DNA of 64,000 bases from Chloroflexota bacterium. Lineage in GTDB: Bacteria; Chloroflexota; Dehalococcoidia; SHYD01. Positions 59,788-64,000 of the stretch are shown here, piece after piece. The notes beneath the pieces were generated by a model. That model searched no databases, had not been told where the DNA came from, and saw only the letters and a program-made list of their open reading frames with translations. Numbering within the stretch: position 1 is the stretch's first letter; every line of letters begins with the position of its first letter. Both the position numbers and the translations under genes were made by a program. The DNA lies in contig JACPQN010000066.1 of NCBI GenBank assembly GCA_016190485.1, forward strand, positions 8,446-72,445, read 5' to 3'.

Positions 59788-60510
59788 CTAGGTTGGTCGC
59801 AGCAGGCGAAAAGCCTCGGCCAGCTCCACTCCGGCGCGCTGACCGTTCTCCCTGGCAATGCGCTCCATCTCCCTGTCGTTCTCTGGTGTGTGGCGACCCT
59901 GGCTGCGATGCATCTGGATAGCCCGCAACTTTACGGGCCACTGGGCGGTGATGTCGACAAAGAAGTCGGGATGGGCGCTCATGGTCAGGTAGATGAGGGA
60001 AGGCTTGAAGGGCTCAAGCCCGGCCCGCAGGTGTTCGGGGTAGAAGAGGGGGCCGGGGGCGCAGAGGTACGCGGCTTGGAAGGTGGCGCCGCCGACCGTG
60101 AGGTGGTCCGGATAAATGGAGCAACTGTCCTGTCCGCCGTCTCCAGGGTAAGGATCGTGGGTGATGATGGTGGGGGGGCGCACCTCTCTGATAAGCCTTA
60201 CCAGCTCCTCCCGTAGCAGTGGCGCCACGAAGGCCAGGTCACCATCGTCGTGCCGGAGAAAGCGGATGTCGGTGACGCCCAGGACCTCGGCGGCGGCTCG
60301 CTGCTCCTGTTCCCGAAGGGTCCCCAGTTGCTCCGAGGTCATTTCCGGGTCGCTGGTACCGCGGTTCCCGCTGGTGCACAGCACGCAGGTAACGGCCACC
60401 CCCTGAGCCACGAGCGTCGCCACAGTGCCCCCGCAATGTACCTCGATATCGTCCGGGTGGGCGGCTACCACCAGGACCGGCCCCGGCATGTCTCGGACGC
60501 TCGCCGTCAT
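59788..60510 (-). CDS. PIG-L/LmbE family N-acetylglucosaminyl deacetylase (MshB/BshB-like)
   Basis: VVAAHPDDIE zinc-binding motif. Confidence 0.8.
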   Translation of the reverse strand: MTASVRDMPGPVLVVAAHPDDIEVHCGGTVATLVAQGVAVTCVLCTSGNRGTSDPEMTSEQLGTLREQEQRAAAEVLGVTDIRFLRHDDGDLAFVAPLLREELVRLIREVRPPTIITHDPYPGDGGQDSCSIYPDHLTVGGATFQAAYLCAPGPLFYPEHLRAGLEPFKPSLIYLTMSAHPDFFVDITAQWPVKLRAIQMHRSQGRHTPENDREMERIARENGQRAGVELAEAFRLLRPT

Positions 60511-60613
60511 TGCTGCCTTCTCCTTGGGCTACCTGCCAGCGGTCTTTTGCCAGCGTGTTTGACGGTAGTCCTCGCTGGCTTCTCCGGCACGAGCGGCGTC
60601 GCTCTCTAGGCGG

Positions 60614-61363
60614 CTATATCCCAGCCCCCAGGCCGAAGAAGTCGAAGTAGGCGTTGATGGTGACCAGGCGGTTGGTGAAGATCAGCACGCCCATGGCCAC
60701 CAGCAACAGGCCGCTGACCAGGGAGATGGCCCGGAAGTAGGGGTAGAGCCGCTTGAGCCAGGCGGTGGTCTTCTCCAGGGTCACTCCCATGACCAGAAAG
60801 GGCGCCGCCAGCCCCAGGGAGTAGGCCACCAGGAGCGCCGCGCCCTGGGCAACGGTGGCGGAGGCGGCCGCCAGCCCCAGAATGCCCCCCAGGATGGGGC
60901 CGACGCAGGGCACCCACCCCACGGAGAAGGCGGCGCCCACCACGAAGGAGCGGAGGTACCCCGCCTTGCCGGCAGCCGGGTGGATAAGCCGCCGCTCTTG
61001 CAGCAGAAAGGGTATCTCCAGGATGCCCGCGACGTGCAGCCCTAGGATGATGAGGAGGACGCCGGCGATCTTGCTGAAGAGGGGCATGTAGGACCGGAAA
61101 ACGAATCCCACCAGGCCCACGGACACCCCGAGCGCGATGAAGACCAGCGAGAACCCCAGGACAAAGAGGACCGTGTGGACGAGGGTGTTCTGACGGACCT
61201 GGGTGAGGGTGGCAACGCCACCAGAAGCCGTCGCCGTGGTCTGGACGGAGGCGCCCAGGAGCTGCGCGAAGTAGAGGGGCACCACGGGCAGCACGCAGGG
61301 CGACAGGAACGAGAGGAGCCCGGCGCCGAAGGCCACCAGCAGGGTGAGGTTTTCCGGCTCCAT
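60614..61363 (-). CDS. ccdA: cytochrome c-type biogenesis protein CcdA (DsbD core)
   Basis: six TM helices, SFLSPCVLP and GPILGG..L motifs; start set at MEPENL (ORF opens at 61588). Confidence 0.8.
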   Translation of the reverse strand: MEPENLTLLVAFGAGLLSFLSPCVLPVVPLYFAQLLGASVQTTATASGGVATLTQVRQNTLVHTVLFVLGFSLVFIALGVSVGLVGFVFRSYMPLFSKIAGVLLIILGLHVAGILEIPFLLQERRLIHPAAGKAGYLRSFVVGAAFSVGWVPCVGPILGGILGLAAASATVAQGAALLVAYSLGLAAPFLVMGVTLEKTTAWLKRLYPYFRAISLVSGLLLVAMGVLIFTNRLVTINAYFDFFGLGAGI

Positions 61364-61368
61364 GGGCG

Positions 61369-61977
61369 CTAGGGCGCTCCCTGCCTCGCCAGTGTCTGCT
61401 GCTGCTCCCGCACCTGGCGGCCCAACAGCAGCATCAGCAGCTCCAGGTGGGGGAAGACATACCACACCACCGTCAGCCCGAAGAGGGCGCCGGTCACCAG
61501 CCGCAGCTCCCAGGCGCTCTCTCGCCAGCCGAAGAGCTGGGTGAACCCGTCCACGGCCATGGGGAGGCTGTAGGCCACCACGAGCCAATCGGGCAGCGAC
61601 TTGAGCCGCCGCCGGAAGAGGATGTAGACTACCCCGAACAGGAAGAAGGCCCCGAAGATGGCGGTGTTCCGCTGGCAGAAGGCCATCTGCTGGCCGAAGA
61701 CGAAGAAGGAGCGGGAGGCCATCTGGTGGCAGATGCTGCTGTAGGCCCAGAAGATGAGCTGAGCGGGAGCGGTCCAGCCAAGGGCCAGCAGCGCTGGCGC
61801 GATGACGGTAGGTAGGATCAGCAGCACGAAACTGGCGCTGTTGATGAGGAGCAGCCAGTGGCTGGTCGCTATCTCAAGCCCGCGGAACAGCAGTCGCTGC
61901 ATGGCCTGGTCGAAGGCCTGGCGCCGGGGCGAGAGGGCTACCCAGTAGGCGGCGGGATCCGGGTGTTGGTCCATCAA
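61369..61977 (-). CDS. DUF2085 family membrane protein
   Basis: CHQMASRSF...FCQRNTAIFGAF motif pattern of DUF2085. Confidence 0.6.
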   Translation of the reverse strand: MMDQHPDPAAYWVALSPRRQAFDQAMQRLLFRGLEIATSHWLLLINSASFVLLILPTVIAPALLALGWTAPAQLIFWAYSSICHQMASRSFFVFGQQMAFCQRNTAIFGAFFLFGVVYILFRRRLKSLPDWLVVAYSLPMAVDGFTQLFGWRESAWELRLVTGALFGLTVVWYVFPHLELLMLLLGRQVREQQQTLARQGAP

Positions 61978-62228
61978 GGGGTGCTCCTCAGCAGCCGCTC
62001 CAGGGCTTTGCGGGCGCTGGCCTCCCCGAAGGGCGCCGCCAGCAGGGGTCTGCCGGAGACCTCTACCACGGGGATGATATCTCCGTACTCTTCACGCAGG
62101 GCCGGGTCCCGGTTGATGTCGACCTCCTGGAAGGAGAAGGCGTAGTCCCGCTGCAGGCGTCGCAGCAACGCCGCCGCCTCCTGGCAGAGGTGGCAGCCCG
62201 GCTTGACGAAAAGCTCTAGCTCCAGCAT
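61974..62228 (-). CDS. glutaredoxin-like (DUF836/thioredoxin-fold) protein
   Basis: 84 aa, CHLC active-site motif near the N-terminus. Confidence 0.65.
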   Translation of the reverse strand: MLELELFVKPGCHLCQEAAALLRRLQRDYAFSFQEVDINRDPALREEYGDIIPVVEVSGRPLLAAPFGEASARKALERLLRSTP

Positions 62229-62311
62229 AGCGCTAACTCAACGGAAGGTAGGGGGCCATGGCAAGGAGAGTTACTTGACACGCTCATGGCGAGGCGGCAT
62301 GGGGTGGCCGG

Positions 62312-63088
62312 CTAGAGCCACACCACGCCGAGTTGCTGCTGGAGCCAGGTGCGCAGCAGCGCGAGGAGGGAAAGCTCTGCCAGGGCCAGCAGCAGCGCCA
62401 GGGGCAGCACCGCGTCCAGCCGGACGGGGGGCCGCAGGTGGCGCAGGGCCCATCCCAGGCAGATGCCGTTGGTGACCCAGAAGAGCCCCAGGATGCCGGC
62501 GCTGGCTACAGCCTGGGCCAGAATGGCCAGCGGGGCCAGGCCGCTGAGGACGGAGGCCACGAAGGCGGCCTCCAGGCCCACCAGCCAGGCCAGGAGGGGC
62601 TTCATGCCCGCCGGCGCGCCGCGAGCGGGAGCTGCCGCCAGCAGCCCGATGAAGGGGAGCGACAGCGCCCCCACGCTGACGCCTGCCATAGCGCCGGTGA
62701 GAAAGCGGAGCTGGTTCATGGGCTGGTAGGGATGGGGCATACCCATGTCCGAGAGGAAGGCGTTGCCGCCATCCAGGCCCGTTACCAGCAGGCCCAGGGG
62801 AATGACGCCGAAGAAGCTCCGGGGCAGACCCCGGACCTCCACCCGATCCCGGAAGGCCATGAGGCAGGCGAAGGCGATGGTGAACCCGCCGTAGATGCCC
62901 AGCATCCGGGCCTCCAAGGGCATGGGCTCAGCGCCGATGTAGAAAGAGTGGCTGGGCCGCTGGGGGCAGATGCCGGAGAGCAGGAAGCTCAGGGCAGGTG
63001 ACAGCACAGGCCACCCCAGGGACAGGAAGGCCACCAGCCCCACCGGAATGACCAGGCGGGAGGGGAAGCTGAGGCTGAGGCGAGACAC
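62312..63088 (-). CDS. DUF2085-like membrane protein (second paralog)
   Basis: CPQRPSHSF motif, multiple TM helices. Confidence 0.5.
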   Translation of the reverse strand: MSRLSLSFPSRLVIPVGLVAFLSLGWPVLSPALSFLLSGICPQRPSHSFYIGAEPMPLEARMLGIYGGFTIAFACLMAFRDRVEVRGLPRSFFGVIPLGLLVTGLDGGNAFLSDMGMPHPYQPMNQLRFLTGAMAGVSVGALSLPFIGLLAAAPARGAPAGMKPLLAWLVGLEAAFVASVLSGLAPLAILAQAVASAGILGLFWVTNGICLGWALRHLRPPVRLDAVLPLALLLALAELSLLALLRTWLQQQLGVVWL

Positions 63089-63090
63089 GG

Positions 63091-64000
63091 CTACCCCGCG
63101 GCCTCGGCGAGGACCAGCGGTCGCTCCGTGCCGAGGGGCATCCTGTCCGGCGGGCCGTCCTCGGACTCCACCGGGTGGCCCACGGCCGACACCAGCTCGG
63201 CGATCTCCCGCCCCAGGTCCACAAAGCGATCGGCCATGCCGGCCAGGCGCACCTCATCACCCGCCACTTGCAGCCAGAGCCGGCGGCGGGCGAACCAGAA
63301 GGTGGTCCACACCGCAGGCACGAAGAGCGCGGCGCCCAGCCAGACAAAGGTGGCACCGGGGTCCTTGCGCGCGACCACGCCGGAGAAGAAGCCGGTGCCC
63401 TGGAAGGTGACCCGCAGCCCCGCGCGCTCCTGGGTCTCGCCTGGGCGCAGCCGCAGGGTGAAGGCGGGCTGGCCCGGCGTGTCGCCTGCGAACCCCATGA
63501 CGGCCAGGGCAGGCTCCTGGCCGCCCCGGATGAAGGCGCCGCCCCGGATGTCGGTCGTTGTGTTGCCCTCCACCAGGGCCACCACCGCGTTGATCTCCGT
63601 GGTGGGGATGGTCACCAGGTCAAAGGGCACGTTGCCGAAGGCCTGGCCCAGCACCATGTTTTCGGAAAGGAGGCGCTGCCCGCTGGTGGTGGCGATGTCC
63701 AGCTTGACCGTGGGACCGAAGGAGTTCTGGTGGAAGCGGAAGTCGCCGAAGTCCATGGGCTGGTTCACCCGGATCTGGCCTCGGGCGGCCTCTTTGCCGT
63801 CCTTGTAGATCACCAGGTTGCTGTAGTAGTCCTTGGGGCGCCCGTCCTCGTAGTACTCCACGGTGAAGCCTTCGTTGAGGACCTGCATCTGCTCCGCGTG
63901 AAAGACGGGATAGATGGGCTGGGAGTGGTCGTCGGGGATGATGAGAAAGCGCTGGTACCCGAAGGCGTTGGTCAGGAAACCGGCGGTGAGGAAGAGGATC
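63091..64000 (-). CDS. resB: cytochrome c biogenesis protein ResB/Ccs1 (C-terminal part; N-terminus beyond window end)
   Basis: reading frame stays open to base 64000 upstream of the listed ATG; ResB-type large periplasmic domain plus C-terminal TM. Confidence 0.7.
   Translation of the reverse strand, partial: ILFLTAGFLTNAFGYQRFLIIPDDHSQPIYPVFHAEQMQVLNEGFTVEYYEDGRPKDYYSNLVIYKDGKEAARGQIRVNQPMDFGDFRFHQNSFGPTVKLDIATTSGQRLLSENMVLGQAFGNVPFDLVTIPTTEINAVVALVEGNTTTDIRGGAFIRGGQEPALAVMGFAGDTPGQPAFTLRLRPGETQERAGLRVTFQGTGFFSGVVARKDPGATFVWLGAALFVPAVWTTFWFARRRLWLQVAGDEVRLAGMADRFVDLGREIAELVSAVGHPVESEDGPPDRMPLGTERPLVLAEAAG

Overview
This is a high-GC (about 65-70%) bacterial chromosomal segment. The GroEL/GroES, ribosomal protein and cytochrome c biogenesis proteins look Chloroflexota-like; that taxonomic call is a guess from the sequence only. 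Most of the window is housekeeping: proC, yggT, tsaD, lysA, holB, two c-type cytochromes, three enoyl-CoA hydratases, an MFS transporter, the nrdR-orf-orf-nrdJ operon, tatA, two family-5 ABC substrate-binding paralogs, a TPP enzyme, a FAH-family protein, uvrA, a class A PBP, groES-groEL with CIRCE, rplU-rpmA-rpmE, and ccdA/resB cytochrome c biogenesis genes. The unusual part is the sbcD...sbcC locus. The two genes lie 7.7 kb apart instead of adjacent. Between and beside them sit three low-GC (about 50%) horizontally acquired modules: (1) a Type II-like methyltransferase plus candidate endonuclease island upstream of sbcD, followed by a small-ORF segment (DUF2283 and a Cys/His protein) bounded by a perfect 27-bp direct repeat that duplicates the sbcD start; (2) an N-terminal PD-(D/E)XK protein of 433 aa with a small acidic ORF; (3) an OLD-family ABC-ATPase/TOPRIM nuclease wedged with 10-nt and 2-nt gaps between a resident beta-CASP (RNase J / Artemis-like) nuclease gene and sbcC. 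A second accessory spot lies just downstream of nrdJ: a solo TIR-domain protein and a 97-aa Hjc-like mini-nuclease, flanked by hairpin repeats and a degenerate duplicate of the nrdJ 3' end. Two short repeat families are present. One is a CACCCTCACCCT..CCCTCTCCC/GGGAGAGGG hairpin (four or more copies). The other is a 12-bp-unit minisatellite (cccttcgacaag / ctcaggacaccg) inserted in frame inside sbcD, a HAD hydrolase, the beta-CASP gene and sbcC, and present in inverted pairs in intergenic regions. I found no CRISPR array, transposase, integrase or tRNA.
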